64,000 nt of DNA from an uncultured Acidobacteriota bacterium (GCA_963700145.1 OY969474.1:1664001-1728000), one strand, 5' to 3'; positions 41,747-53,935 are shown, counted from the first letter of the stretch. Program-made: numbers and translations. The notes: a model not told the origin generated them from the letters alone.

Positions 41747-43321
41747 CTACTCCCACTCGATCGTCGCCGGGGGTTTGCTCGTCACGTCGTAGACCACGCG
41801 GTTCACCCCTTTGACCTCGTTGATGATCCGGTTGGCCACCCGGCCCAGGAGCTCGTACGGCAGGGGGCTCCAGTCGGCGGTCATGAAGTCTTGGGTGTCC
41901 ACGGCGCGGAGGGCGACGACGCTCTCGTAGGTGCGGAAGTCGCCCATCACGCCGACGCTCTTGATCGGCAGCAGCACCGCGAAAGCCTGGCTGACCTTGT
42001 CGTACCAGCCGCTCTCGCGCAGCTCTTCCAGAAAGATCGCGTCGGCCTCTTGCAGCAGGGCCACCCGCTCCGCCGTCACCTCGCCGAGGATCCGCACCGC
42101 CAGGCCCGGCCCCGGGAAGGGGTGACGGCCCAGCAGCTCCTCCGGCAGGCCCAGCTCGCGGCCGAGCTGGCGGACCTCGTCCTTGAACAGGTACCGGAGC
42201 GGCTCGACGAGCTCGAAACCCAGGCGCTCGGGGAGGCCGCCGACGTTGTGGTGGGTCTTGATGACCGCCGAGGGACCCTTCACCGACACCGACTCGATGA
42301 CGTCGGGGTAGAGCGTCCCTTGCGCCAGGAAAGCTGCCCCTTCCAGCCGCCGCGCCTCGTCCTCGAAGACCTCGATGAAGACGCGGCCGATGGCGCGCCG
42401 CTTCGCCTCCGGCTCCTCGATGCCGGCGAGGGCGGAGAGGAAGCGGGCGCCGGCGTCCACCGCACGCACCGGGACGCCCAGCCCGTCGCGCAGGCTGCGC
42501 ATTACCTGCCGCGCCTCGGCCTTGCGCAGGACACCGTTGTCGACGAAGACGGCGGTCGACTGCTCGCCCACCGCGCGCTGCAGCAGCGCCGCGACGACCG
42601 AGGAGTCGACGCCGCCGGAGAGCCCGCAGACGACGCGCCCCTCCCCCACCCGCTCGCGGATCGCCGCCACCGCTTCCTCCAGGTACGACGCCATCCGCCA
42701 GTCGCCGCGCGCGCCGCAGGCGCGGTAGAGGAAGTTGCGCAGCATCTCGCCGCCCGAGACGGTGTGCGAGACTTCAAGGTGGAACTGGATGCCGTAGAGC
42801 CGCCGCTCGGGGTCCTCGAAGGCGACGATCGGCGCGTTGTCCGACGACGCCGTGGTGTGGAAGCCGGCCGGCGGCGTGCGCACGCGGTCGCCGTGGTTCA
42901 TCCACACGGTCTCGCGCGCCGCCAGGCCGCGGAAGATGCAGCCCTCCGTGCGCGCGGCGGCCTCGACCCGCACCTCGGCGCGGCCGTACTCGCGGCGGCT
43001 GGAGCCCTCGACGCCGCCGCCCAGGTGGTGGGCCATCGCCTGCATGCCGTAGCAGATGCCGAGCGTCGGCACGCCTAGCCGGAAGAGCTCGGGGTCGGGG
43101 AGCGGAGCGCTCTCTTCGTAGACGCTCTGCGGACCGCCCGAGAGGATGAGCCCGACGGGGCGGCGCCGGCGGATCTCCTCGAGCGGCAGGTCGAACGGAT
43201 GGACCTCGGCGTAGACCCGGTTCTCGCGCACGCGGCGGGCGATGAGCTGCGTGTACTGACCGCCGAAGTCGAGCACCAGGACGGTCTGGTGCTCCGCGCC
43301 GGGGGTCGCGGGCGCGCTCAA
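41747..43321 (-). CDS. guaA: GMP synthase (glutamine-hydrolysing)
   Basis: [49 protein letters not shown]. Confidence 0.98.
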   Translation of the reverse strand: MSAPATPGAEHQTVLVLDFGGQYTQLIARRVRENRVYAEVHPFDLPLEEIRRRRPVGLILSGGPQSVYEESAPLPDPELFRLGVPTLGICYGMQAMAHHLGGGVEGSSRREYGRAEVRVEAAARTEGCIFRGLAARETVWMNHGDRVRTPPAGFHTTASSDNAPIVAFEDPERRLYGIQFHLEVSHTVSGGEMLRNFLYRACGARGDWRMASYLEEAVAAIRERVGEGRVVCGLSGGVDSSVVAALLQRAVGEQSTAVFVDNGVLRKAEARQVMRSLRDGLGVPVRAVDAGARFLSALAGIEEPEAKRRAIGRVFIEVFEDEARRLEGAAFLAQGTLYPDVIESVSVKGPSAVIKTHHNVGGLPERLGFELVEPLRYLFKDEVRQLGRELGLPEELLGRHPFPGPGLAVRILGEVTAERVALLQEADAIFLEELRESGWYDKVSQAFAVLLPIKSVGVMGDFRTYESVVALRAVDTQDFMTADWSPLPYELLGRVANRIINEVKGVNRVVYDVTSKPPATIEWE

Positions 43322-44331
43322 ATCTCGGCCTCCGACTTGGGCTCTCGCGTCATCAGCTCCTCCACCGCGCGTCGCGGGTCCTTGCCATCGTAGATGACCG
43401 CCGCCATCTGCTGGGTGATCGGCATCTCGACGCCGCGCGCCGCGGCCAGGCGCGCGATCGCCATCGCGTTGCGCACGCCCTCAGCGACGAAGGGGGTGCC
43501 GCCCTGGATCTCGGCGAGGCTGCGGCCGGCCGCCAGCTCCTCGCCGGTGCGGCGGTTGCGCGACAGGCCGCCGGTGCAGGTCAGCACCAGGTCGCCGAGA
43601 CCGGCCAGGCCGGCGAAGGTGCGCGCCTGCCCGCCGTAGGCCAAGCCTAGGCGGGTGATCTCGTGCAGGCCGCGGGTGATGAGGGCGGCGAGGCTGTTGT
43701 GCCCGAGCCCCAGCCCGGCGGCGGCGCCGGCCGCGATGGCGATGACGTTCTTGGCCGCGCCGCCGAGCTCGACGCCGGGGACGTCCGGCGAGGAGTAGAG
43801 CCGCAGGGTCGAGCCGGCGAGGGCGTCGCGCACCGTGCGCGCCAGCTCGCCGTCCTCGGCGGCGACCACCGCCGCCGTCGGCATGCCGCGCGCCAGCTCG
43901 GCGGCGAAGCTCGGCCCGGAGAGCACCGCGAAGCGGACCTCGCGGTCGGCCGCCATCCCTTCCTCGAAGGCCACCTGGCTCATCCGCGCCAGCGTGTCGG
44001 TCTCGACCCCCTTCGTCCCCGACACCAGCACCAGCGGCCGCTCGCGCGGCCAGAGGCGCAGGAAGTCGCGCAGCACGGCGCGGAAGCCGTGCGAGGGGAC
44101 GACCAGGAGGACGAGGTCGCTCTCCAGCAGGTCGCCCATCGCGGCCGTCGGCTCGACCCCCTGCGGCAGCTCGACCTCCGGCAGGTAGAGGGCGTTGGCG
44201 CGCTCCTTCCGCATCCGCTCGGCCAGCTCGGCGTGCCGCGCCCAGAGCCGCACCGGCCGGCCGCGCCGCGCCGTGTGGACGGCGAGAGCGGTCCCCCAGG
44301 CGCCGGCGCCGAGGACGCCGATCGGCTTCAC
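43318..44331 (-). CDS. gpsA: NAD(P)H-dependent glycerol-3-phosphate dehydrogenase
   Basis: [41 protein letters not shown]. Confidence 0.97.
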   Translation of the reverse strand: MKPIGVLGAGAWGTALAVHTARRGRPVRLWARHAELAERMRKERANALYLPEVELPQGVEPTAAMGDLLESDLVLLVVPSHGFRAVLRDFLRLWPRERPLVLVSGTKGVETDTLARMSQVAFEEGMAADREVRFAVLSGPSFAAELARGMPTAAVVAAEDGELARTVRDALAGSTLRLYSSPDVPGVELGGAAKNVIAIAAGAAAGLGLGHNSLAALITRGLHEITRLGLAYGGQARTFAGLAGLGDLVLTCTGGLSRNRRTGEELAAGRSLAEIQGGTPFVAEGVRNAMAIARLAAARGVEMPITQQMAAVIYDGKDPRRAVEELMTREPKSEAEI

Positions 44332-44951
44332 GCGGCGCGCCCCTCGCCCAGCCGCCGCTCCCTGCCGGCGCGCAGCCGCGCCAGGTTCGAGCGGTGCTTC
44401 CAGACGATCAGCGCCGCGATGGCGGCGCCGGCGGCGAGGACCCAGCCGTCCGCTTCGAGCCAGCCGGCGGCGCGGCCGAGCGCCAGCGCGACCGGGAACG
44501 CCACCGCCGCGGCCACCGAGCCGAGCGAGACGTAGCGGCTCCAGGCGACGACGACCGCGAAGAGGAGGAGGACCGCGACCATCGCCAGCGGCGCCAGCGC
44601 CCCCATCGCGCCGGCTGCCGTCGCCACCCCCTTGCCGCCGCGGAAGCCGAGGAAGACCGGGAAGACGTGCCCGACGACGACGGCGACGGCGCAGAGGCCG
44701 ACGACGAGGGGCGGGGCCGCGAGCGCGCGCGCGGCGGCGACCGCCGCCACCCCTTTGGCGACGTCGAGGAGCAGCGCGGTGATCCCGGGGAGCTTGCCGG
44801 CGGTGCGCAGGACGTTGGTGGCGCCGGCGTTGCCGCTGCCGACCGCGCGCACGTCCCGCCCCTGGAGCGCGCGCACGATCAGGTAGCTGAACGAGATCGA
44901 GCCGAGGAGGTAGGTGCCGGCGACCAGCGCGACGGCCGCGAGCGGCCTCAC
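44328..44951 (-). CDS. plsY: glycerol-3-phosphate acyltransferase
   Basis: YLLGSI, GSGNAGATNVLR, GHVFPVFLGFRGGKGVAT, HRSNL. Confidence 0.96.
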   Translation of the reverse strand: MRPLAAVALVAGTYLLGSISFSYLIVRALQGRDVRAVGSGNAGATNVLRTAGKLPGITALLLDVAKGVAAVAAARALAAPPLVVGLCAVAVVVGHVFPVFLGFRGGKGVATAAGAMGALAPLAMVAVLLLFAVVVAWSRYVSLGSVAAAVAFPVALALGRAAGWLEADGWVLAAGAAIAALIVWKHRSNLARLRAGRERRLGEGRAA

Positions 44952-45526
44952 GCGGCGCCTCCGAGCGGCAGCTCGGCCACCGGCGTGTAGCGCGCGCCCT
45001 TGGGCGAAAGCTGGCTCTGGAAGAGCGTGCCGTGAGCAGCCGTCCACGGCTCCCCCACCGGCCCGGCGAAGGCGGCGGCGAAGCGCTCGGCGGCCGGCCG
45101 CGGCCAGGGCTCGCGGCAGCGGGCGAGGGTGACGTGCGGATGAAAAGGGCGGCTCTCCGGCTCGTGGAATTGATCAGAGCCGGGGGCCTCGACGCAAGCC
45201 GCGACGACGTCGCGCTGCACGGCGGCGAGCTCCGGCCCGGCCTCGACGCCGACCCAGGCGACGCGCGCCGCCCGGCCCGGCGGGAAGGTGCCGCCGCCGG
45301 CCAGGCCGAGTGGGAAGGGCGCGTGCGGCGCGAAGGCGGCGGCGAGGCGCTCGGTGAGCGCCGGCACGCGCTCCTCGGGGACCTCGCCCAGGAAGACGAG
45401 CGTCAGGTGGGCGCCCGCGAGGTCCACCCAGCGGGCGGGCGGCAGCGCGGCGCGTACCGCCTCCGCCCGGCGCCGGGCCTCCTGCCGGGCCGCGTCGGAG
45501 AGGTCGAAGGCCACGAAGAGCCTCAA
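44948..45526 (-). CDS. thpR: RNA 2',3'-cyclic phosphodiesterase
   Basis: RLFVA, HLTLVFLG and FHPHVTLAR (2H motifs). Confidence 0.93.
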   Translation of the reverse strand: MRLFVAFDLSDAARQEARRRAEAVRAALPPARWVDLAGAHLTLVFLGEVPEERVPALTERLAAAFAPHAPFPLGLAGGGTFPPGRAARVAWVGVEAGPELAAVQRDVVAACVEAPGSDQFHEPESRPFHPHVTLARCREPWPRPAAERFAAAFAGPVGEPWTAAHGTLFQSQLSPKGARYTPVAELPLGGAA

Positions 45527-45548
45527 GCCGACGACCCGGTCCCCTGCC

Positions 45549-45651
45549 CCCAGATCCTTCGCTGCGCTGCGCTTCGCTCAGGATGACGTCGTTGGGTCGT
45601 GCGCGAAGATGGACCCACCATCGTCATCCTGAGCGTAGCGAAGGATCTGGG
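45549..45651. repeat. inverted pair of REP-like elements (REPIN/BIME-like)
   Basis: CCCAGATCCTTCGCTGCG...CTCAGGATGAC (45549-45587) and GTCATCCTGAGCGTAGCGAAGGATCTGGG (45623-45651). Confidence 0.8.
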
Positions 45652-46961
45652 CGGGGGGCGTGACGGGGCTCGTGCGTCGCGCCGCCCGCGGCAACGAGCG
45701 TCTCAGCGTCCGCGAGCAGCCGCCGGCGCAGCAGCTCCAGCGCGAGCTGGCTGGCCTGCCAGCGCACGCGCTCGCGGTCGCCGGGGAAGCGGACGCGGCG
45801 GTGACCGGGCGGGCCGTCAGGGCCGGCGATCGCCAAGTGCACGGTGCCGACCGGCTTCTCCTCGCTGCCGCCCCCCGGGCCAGCGACGCCGGTGACGCCG
45901 ATCCCGTAGTCGGCGCCGAGCCGCCCCCGCGCTCCTTCGGCCAGCGCCACCGCCACCGGCTCGGAGACCGCGCCGTGCGCGCGCAGCAGCTCGGCCGGCA
46001 CGCCGGCCAGCTCAGTCTTGAGGCGGTTGGTGTAAGCGACGACGCCCCCGACGAAGTAGTCGCTGCTGCCCGCGACCGCGGTCACCCGCTGCGCGACGAG
46101 CCCGCCGGTGCACGACTCGGCGACCGCCAGCGTGCGGCCGGCGCGGCGGAGGAGCTCCCCCACCACCCCTTCGAGCGTCTCCTCCTCGCCGCGCGCGAAG
46201 ACCGCATCGCCGGCCAGCTCGGCCAGCCGCTCCTGCATCGCCGCGAGCCGCGCGCGCCGCTCCGCCGGCGGGCCGGCGGCGGTCGCCAGCAGCCGGATCT
46301 CGCCGGGCTTGGCCAGGATGGTGATCGCCTCGCGCCCGAACTCGGCGTAGGCGGGGGCGATCCGCTCCTCGACCGCCGACTCCGGCAGGCACGCCACCTT
46401 GAGCACCGCCGTCTCCCTCCCGGCGCCGCCGGCGCGCGCCGCGAGCCACGGCTCGAGGTCGGCGGCAACCATCGCCTCCAGCTCGAACGGGACGCCGGGG
46501 AGGAGGAAAATCGTCGTCCCCTCGGCCTTCAGGCGCATGCCCGGCGCCGTACCGCGCGCGTTGGCGATCAGCTCCGCTCCCTCGATGACCTCCGCCTGCC
46601 GCTTGTTGACCTCCGGCATGCGCAGGCCGTGGTCGCAGAAGCGGGCGTCGATCCGCCGCAGCACGTCCGCGTCGAACGCCAGGCGGCGGCCGAGGGCAGC
46701 GGCGACCGCCTCGCGCGTGACGTCGTCGGCGGTGGGGCCGAGCCCGCCGGTCACGATGACCAGCTCGACCCGGCCGAGGAGGGCGCGCAGCTCGCGCCCG
46801 ATCTCCTCCTCGCTGTCGCCCACCACCGCCTTGCGCCGCAGCTCGAAGCCGTGGGCCTCGAAGGCGGCGGTCAGGCGCAGGGAGTTGGTGTCGAGCTGCT
46901 CCGTCCCCAGCAGCTCCGAGCCCACGGCCAGGACCGCCGCCGAGCGCGGGAGGGGGGGCAT
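45624..46961 (-). CDS. cinA: competence/damage-inducible protein CinA (MoCF-like + NMN deamidase)
   Basis: VGSELL..DTN, TGGLGPTADD, GTAPG, AESCTGG, HGAVS, TGVAGPGGG. Confidence 0.95.
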   Translation of the reverse strand: MPPLPRSAAVLAVGSELLGTEQLDTNSLRLTAAFEAHGFELRRKAVVGDSEEEIGRELRALLGRVELVIVTGGLGPTADDVTREAVAAALGRRLAFDADVLRRIDARFCDHGLRMPEVNKRQAEVIEGAELIANARGTAPGMRLKAEGTTIFLLPGVPFELEAMVAADLEPWLAARAGGAGRETAVLKVACLPESAVEERIAPAYAEFGREAITILAKPGEIRLLATAAGPPAERRARLAAMQERLAELAGDAVFARGEEETLEGVVGELLRRAGRTLAVAESCTGGLVAQRVTAVAGSSDYFVGGVVAYTNRLKTELAGVPAELLRAHGAVSEPVAVALAEGARGRLGADYGIGVTGVAGPGGGSEEKPVGTVHLAIAGPDGPPGHRRVRFPGDRERVRWQASQLALELLRRRLLADAETLVAAGGATHEPRHAPRPDPSLRSG

Positions 46962-47027
46962 GCCGGGATGATAGCGCGCGCTCCGAGACGACCGGCAAAC
47001 CGTGGCGCCGTAGTAGGATGTGCCGGA

Positions 47028-47834
47028 ATGCGCCGGTCGTTCGCCGCCCTCCTCCTCTTCTCCTGTGCAGCGCTCTTCGCGGTGGAGAGCTCTGGTCAGG
47101 AGATGGCTCGCGGCGAGGTCGAGCTGACCGCCCTCGCCGAGGTCCGCGAGGGCCGGATCGCCGCCGGGACGAGGCGGGAGAACGGCGGCACCGAGCTGGT
47201 CCTCTTCGCGGAGGAATCCGGCCGGATCTCCTCCCTGCCGGCCCCCGGCGGCCGCACCGGCAGGGCCCGCCACGACCCGCGGCTCCTCGTCGCGAATGGC
47301 GAGCTGGCCGCCCTCGCCTGGCTGGAGGGGCGCGACCTGCGCTCGCTCGCGGTCCGCTTCGCGCGCTGGGACGGCGAGGGCTGGGAGGCGCCGCGCACCG
47401 TCGCCGCGCCGGGGCCGGGTAGCCAGATGGCCCTCGCCGGCACGCGGCTCGCGGACGGCTCATGGCTGCTGGCCTGGAGCCGCTACGACGGCGGCGACGA
47501 CGAGGTCGTCTGGAGCCGCTCGGCGGGTCCCGACGGCGCCTCGTGGAGCGCGCCGCGGCGGATTGCCGCCGACAACGCGGTGCCCGACATCACCCCGGCC
47601 CTCTCCGCCGCCCCGGGCGGGGCGGTGGCCGCCTGGAGCCGCTACGACGGCGAGGACTACCGCGTGGTGACCGCCCGCTTCGACGGCCGCCGCTGGTCGG
47701 CGCCGCGCGTCGTCGGCCCGGCGGGGTCGCTGGAGCCGCGCTGGGAGCGGTCGGCGTCCGACGAGCCGGCGCTCGTCGTCCGCACCGTCCTGCCGCGCGG
47801 CCGGCTGACCATCCCCTGGCAGAGGGTGCGGTGA
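47028..47834 (+). CDS. hypothetical exported beta-rich protein
   Basis: Signal peptide; repeated AWSRYDG / WSAPR motifs. Confidence 0.7.
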   Translation: MRRSFAALLLFSCAALFAVESSGQEMARGEVELTALAEVREGRIAAGTRRENGGTELVLFAEESGRISSLPAPGGRTGRARHDPRLLVANGELAALAWLEGRDLRSLAVRFARWDGEGWEAPRTVAAPGPGSQMALAGTRLADGSWLLAWSRYDGGDDEVVWSRSAGPDGASWSAPRRIAADNAVPDITPALSAAPGGAVAAWSRYDGEDYRVVTARFDGRRWSAPRVVGPAGSLEPRWERSASDEPALVVRTVLPRGRLTIPWQRVR

Positions 47835-48966
47835 GGCGCGCCGCGGCCAGCCTGCTGCTCGCCGGCGCCGCCCTCCTCCCCGCCGGCGCCGCCGCCCAGA
47901 CGACCTACGTCGCCTTCGGCGACAGCATCACCTTCGGCATCGGCGACGACCCGGCGCGCAGCGAGAAGGGCTACCCGCCGCGCCTCGAGGCCCTGCTCCA
48001 GGCGCGCGGCCAAGCGGCCGACGTGCGCAACGAAGGGCTCCCCGGCGAGGGCACGACCGAGGGCGTGACGCGCATCACCAACGTCCTCCAGCCCGGCGAC
48101 GACGTCCTGCTGCTGATGGAAGGGACCAACGACGTCAACCAGCTCTCGGTCGAGACGATCCAGTTCAACCTGCGGGAGATCGCGCGCAAGGCGGCCAACC
48201 GGGGCGTCTCGACCGTCCACGCCACGATCCCGCCGCGCCTGCCGTCGGCGACCAACGACGGCGAGAACCACATCGCCGGCCAGATCGCGGGCGCGGTGCG
48301 CGAGCTGGCCTTCCAGGAAGAGCGCCGGCTCGCCGACCCTTTCGAGGTCTTCCTCCGCCTCACCCCGGACTTCACGCCCCTCATCGTCGGCGGCGACGAC
48401 AAGGTCCACCCCAACGCGGCGGGCTACGACCTCCTGGCCGAGGTCTTCGCCGACGTGCTGACCGGCGTCGACGAGGTGCCGCCGGTCCTCGGCGTCGTCT
48501 CGCCGGCCAACGACGCGCAGGGGGTCTCCCCCACCGCGCCGCTGCGCCTCGACCTCTACGACTTCGGCACCGGCATCGACCTCGCGGCGACCCGGCTGGT
48601 GATCGAGGGAGTGGAGGTGGAGACGCCGCTCACCGGCAGCGAGCGGAAGCTCGAGATCCGCTACGAGCCGCCGCAGCCCTGGAGCGGCGTCATCCAGGTG
48701 CGGCTGCGGTCGCGCGACCGCGCCACTCCGCCCAACACGCTCGACCGCGAGGTGACGCAGTTCGTGGTCGCCGGCACGACCTTCCTGGCCGGCGACATCG
48801 ACCGCGACGGCCGCGTGGACGGCGCCGACCTCCTCGCCTTCGCCCCCTACTTCGGCTCCCAGCGCGGCGACGGCCGCTACCGCGGCTTCGCCGACCTGAA
48901 CACCGACGACCGGGTCGACGGCGTGGACCTGGCGTTGCTGGCCGCCAACTTCGGGCGCAGCTCGGC

Positions 48967-48970
<4 letters not shown>
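47831..48970 (+). CDS. SGNH/GDSL hydrolase with Ig-like domain and C-terminal dockerin-like domain
   Basis: FGDSIT, GTND, DKVHPNAAGY; GDIDRDGRVDGADL and DLNTDDRVDGVDL. Confidence 0.88.
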
Positions 48971-50259
<1,289 letters not shown>

Positions 50260-50300
50260 GAGGGCGGGCGCGGGGCCGGCCGCGGGCGCGGCGGCGCGGC

Positions 50301-51041
50301 TCAGGTGCCGACGGTGAACGTCGTGTTGTCGGTGCCCACCTTCTGCTGCGCCAGCTGGCGGTAGGGCGAGCGCGGGTACTCGTCGAGGATGCGCTGGTAG
50401 GACTGCGTCGCTTCCTGCGTGCGGCCGAGCTGCTCGAGGGTCACCGCCAGCTCGTAGAGGACGACGTCCTGCGGCAGCGGCGGCTCGGGGTCTTCGAGCA
50501 GCGCCCGCAGCGCGGTCACCACCTCGTTCCCCTTCCCCTGGCTGCGGTCGAGGGCGATGAGGTTGAGCCGGGTCTCGCCGGCCAGGACGTGCCCGTCGTG
50601 ATCGTCGAGGAAGTCCTCCCAGAGCTTCCGCGCCTCGTCGAGCTTGCCCTCGGCGACGGCGATGTCGGCCAAGTAGAGCCCGGCCACGTCGGCGGCGTCG
50701 CTCCAAGGGTGGTCGTCGCGCACCGTCTCGAAGGCCGCCTTGGCGCGCGTCCGGCGCGCCGCCTCGGTGCCGAAGCTCGGAGCCTCGGGATCGTCCGGTT
50801 TGGGCGCCGCGGGATCGATCGGCGCCGCCGCGAGCTCCATCGCCTCGGCCAGCGCCGTGTTGGCCGCCTCGGAGCGCTGCCCCAGCCACACCCACACCCC
50901 GAGCCCCACCAGCGCCGCCGCCACCAGCGCGCCGACCCCCATGAGCAGGCCGCGCGAGTGGTGCTCGGCGTAATCGACGGTCGACTTGACCGCCGTCGCC
51001 AGCTCGTTCTTCTTCATCTCTTTGCGCGTCAGATGGCTCAT
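50301..51041 (-). CDS. YfgM-like membrane-anchored TPR protein
   Basis: LTRKEMK N-terminus, a single TM, and TPR-like helices. Confidence 0.8.
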   Translation of the reverse strand: MSHLTRKEMKKNELATAVKSTVDYAEHHSRGLLMGVGALVAAALVGLGVWVWLGQRSEAANTALAEAMELAAAPIDPAAPKPDDPEAPSFGTEAARRTRAKAAFETVRDDHPWSDAADVAGLYLADIAVAEGKLDEARKLWEDFLDDHDGHVLAGETRLNLIALDRSQGKGNEVVTALRALLEDPEPPLPQDVVLYELAVTLEQLGRTQEATQSYQRILDEYPRSPYRQLAQQKVGTDNTTFTVGT

Positions 51042-51198
51042 GCTGAATGTGCTCCGCGTCGTCGTTTTTGCGAGGGGGTGATCGCCGGCACCGGTGAGGG
51101 CAGTCGGAGGGGCGCCGGTACCAGTAACGGTAGCATCGGAGTGTGGCCGATGACAATGCTGGGGCGGCTGGCTGGGGTCGAGCTATGCTCAGGCACAG

Positions 51199-52944
51199 AT
51201 GGAAGCGCTGGTGATCACAGACGTGGAAGCAGCCCGCCGCGTGCTCCAGGTGAGGGGGCGCTACCACTACTATCTCGGCGCCGGGACATCCGCCGAGGCC
51301 GGCGTCCCGACCGCGCGCGAGATCTGCGACGAGATCAGAAGCGATTTGCTAGAGAAGGAGCTGCCGCTGCCGCGCACTGCAGAAGCTGTCGCAGTCTGGG
51401 AAAACGCGCGACTGCGGTGGGGCGATGCAGGACTTCGCTATTGCACTTGCATCTGCGCCAGCTATCCAAACCGGCCATCGCGAGTCGATTACTTCCGTAG
51501 CAAGGCCCAGAAGGTTGGCCCATCCTTCTGCCACCATGCCATTGCGCTCCTCATGACGCGCGGCGATATCCGATCGACGTGCTTGACCACGAATTTCGAC
51601 AAGCTCATCGAGAGCGCTTTCCTGAATCAAGGCGATCTCGAGTGCCAGGCGATCCGTACCGATGCAGAGCTCGAGTACTGGCAGTCTGCACCCAACAGGC
51701 CCTACGTGCTCAAGCTGCACGGCGACTACGACACGGGGAACGTCTTCAACACCGCTGACGAGACGATCGCTATCAGCGAAGCCATGACGGTCACCGTCAA
51801 GCGCCTACTACAGGCATCCGGCCTTCTCGTGCTGGGAACGGCGGGATACGAGAAGAGCATCCATACGCTGTTCGATCAGCTTGCGCGTGCCCATGACAAG
51901 GAGAACGTGCTCGCTTTCGGCCTCCTCTGGGGTGTGCACATGGGAGGGCCGAAGCCAAGCGAGAAACTCACCGTCCACCAGATTGCCGGGCAAGTACACG
52001 ACCGAATCGCGAGTGGAACCATCGGGCCGGATATCTTGAGCATGATGAAGCGGATGGCGCCGCGCAACGAATCGTTCGCTTTTTTCCCAGTCTGGGGGGC
52101 TGGAAACTTCCTCTTCGACCTCACACGGCAACTACGGGAGACGGACAAGTACTTGGCCGGGAGAGCAGAACTCTTCCTCGACCACGAGCAGCGGCTCCGA
52201 CACGTCTTCAGCCGCGCCGGCCTTTCTGACTCGGTCGTCGCCAAGCACCTCGAGTCGCTCAGGCGCCGGCGAAACGCGCCGCGATCGGCGAACGAGCGCT
52301 CCGGCGCCTGGGAAACGGTGCTGCGGGCGGCGAGCACATTGCTTCCCCTGGATGTCCGCTTCGTCTACGGCGACATCACCAGCCGCTCCCGGATGTCCGA
52401 AGTCGAGTTCCATGATCGGTACCGGGCCGTCGTTAGCCCGGAGGACACCTTGCTCAGCGCGGGCGGTGGTGTAGCCCTCACCTTGCTCGAGAAAGCGGGA
52501 CGCCACGGGATCCTTAACGAGCTCGCCAAGTTCTCTCCCATTCCCCAGACACAGGTCGCCGTGACCTCGGGCGGCCGCCTACCAGTGCACTATATTTTCC
52601 ACGCAGCCTCAGTCGCGGTGGAAAAGGACGGGGCCTATGACGCCTCGCAGGAGGCTGTCACCGCTACCATGGAGGCGGTCTTGCAAAGGACGGCGGCGCT
52701 CGACGTCGGCGTGCTCTTAGTCCCGCTGCTCGCGGCGGGTGTCGCGTCCCTCGACGGCCGGCACTCATTCGAGGCCATCCTGCGGGCCATCGCCGGCTGG
52801 TCCGCGACAACGCGGCCGTTGACGGTCGTGATCGTCTGCCGCCGCGAAGCCCAGCTTCCCCGCGGCATCGCCGAGGAAGTGCTCAGGCGACAGCTCGAGC
52901 CGAGCTTCGCATGCGAGCAAGTGGATTCCGGCGGCGACAATTAG
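51199..52944 (+). CDS. SIR2-like domain - Macro domain fusion protein
   Basis: SIR2 motifs YLGAGTS..AGVPT, TTNFD, LKLHGD. Macro motifs VYGDIT, AVVSPEDTLLSAGGGV, VTSGGRLPVHYIFHA, VPLLAAGV. TATGCT lies 9 nt before the ATG. Confidence 0.85.
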   Translation: MEALVITDVEAARRVLQVRGRYHYYLGAGTSAEAGVPTAREICDEIRSDLLEKELPLPRTAEAVAVWENARLRWGDAGLRYCTCICASYPNRPSRVDYFRSKAQKVGPSFCHHAIALLMTRGDIRSTCLTTNFDKLIESAFLNQGDLECQAIRTDAELEYWQSAPNRPYVLKLHGDYDTGNVFNTADETIAISEAMTVTVKRLLQASGLLVLGTAGYEKSIHTLFDQLARAHDKENVLAFGLLWGVHMGGPKPSEKLTVHQIAGQVHDRIASGTIGPDILSMMKRMAPRNESFAFFPVWGAGNFLFDLTRQLRETDKYLAGRAELFLDHEQRLRHVFSRAGLSDSVVAKHLESLRRRRNAPRSANERSGAWETVLRAASTLLPLDVRFVYGDITSRSRMSEVEFHDRYRAVVSPEDTLLSAGGGVALTLLEKAGRHGILNELAKFSPIPQTQVAVTSGGRLPVHYIFHAASVAVEKDGAYDASQEAVTATMEAVLQRTAALDVGVLLVPLLAAGVASLDGRHSFEAILRAIAGWSATTRPLTVVIVCRREAQLPRGIAEEVLRRQLEPSFACEQVDSGGDN

Positions 52945-52990
52945 GCTTGCCGGGGCATACTGGTCTTCCGGGGGGCTCCGAGGAGGCCGG

Positions 52991-53935
52991 TTACAACGCC
53001 TTTGCCTTCATCGTCATGCGGTCGGTGCGCACTCGGTCGGCGGCGGCGATCGTGCGGGACCACTCGACCGCGCGCGGCCAACCCGTCTTGGTGTCCATCG
53101 TGTAGGTGGCCCGGTCGCGGATGTCGAGGGTCGGCATCTCCGCGTCCGTGGGCCCGCCATCGGGCATCAGGCGGCGGAGGATGGCGGCGATCGCCGCGCT
53201 CGCCTTCTCCCGGTCGATCTCCTGCTGCCAGGCGATGACGGCCTCGTCGCGCTCGGGCCGGTGCTCCTGCAGCAGGAAGCTCCCCTTGCTCGGGAAGGGG
53301 TCGCCGCCGAACGGGTTGGGAAGGGCGTCAGCGTACTCGACCGTCTCGCCCACCGCCAGCGCGGCGCCGCAGACGAAGTAGAAGACTTGCGCCGAGCGCA
53401 GCAGCAGGCTCTCGACGACCTCGGGCTTGGTCATCATCGCGACTACCTCGGACACCGCCGGCGCCGGCGGCTCGCCCTGCTTCCCCTTGAACAGCTCGTC
53501 GAGCACCCGCTTGAAGACGGCGACGGCCTCGTCGCGGTTCAGCAGCCGCTGCGGCACGCCCGTCTCGTCGGTCTGCATGACCAGGCTCAGGTCGCCGGCG
53601 ACCTCCTGCAGGCGCTCCGTCGAGACCGGCAGCCGGCCCTGCGCGACCTCGTCGAGCCAGCCGGCGCTGTAGGTCCAGACGAAGACGTAGCCCTGCCGGT
53701 TCCGCGCCTTCACCCTCGCCTCCAGGATGCTGCGGCTGGTTCCCGCCGGCGTCTCCTTGCCGCCGGCGGCGTCGATGCGCTCCTTGACGACCTCGAGGCG
53801 CAGCGTCTCGCCGACCTTCCAGTCGGTCGGCAGCTCGACGACCGCCGGCTCGGGCTCGGGTTGGGCGGCCGCGGCGGCGGAAGACAGCAGGAGAAAGAGC
53901 GCCCAGCGGGCGGTCGCAGGCCTATGGAATTCCAT
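52991..53935 (-). CDS. hypothetical exported protein
   Basis: Signal-like [15 protein letters not shown]; high-GC3 coding frame; the start overlaps the giant gene's end. Confidence 0.7.
   Translation of the reverse strand: MEFHRPATARWALFLLLSSAAAAAQPEPEPAVVELPTDWKVGETLRLEVVKERIDAAGGKETPAGTSRSILEARVKARNRQGYVFVWTYSAGWLDEVAQGRLPVSTERLQEVAGDLSLVMQTDETGVPQRLLNRDEAVAVFKRVLDELFKGKQGEPPAPAVSEVVAMMTKPEVVESLLLRSAQVFYFVCGAALAVGETVEYADALPNPFGGDPFPSKGSFLLQEHRPERDEAVIAWQQEIDREKASAAIAAILRRLMPDGGPTDAEMPTLDIRDRATYTMDTKTGWPRAVEWSRTIAAADRVRTDRMTMKAKAL

Noticed and set aside
31148-41770. Integrase-driven guaA island with att repeats
   Set aside because: guaA 3' ends are known integration sites, but I saw no integrase and no duplicate of the guaA 3' end by eye.
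51199-52944. Ordinary CobB deacetylase or a complete Thoeris operon
   Set aside because: It lacks the CobB Zn-finger and TQNVD motif, and there is no adjacent TIR (ThsB) gene or SLOG domain.
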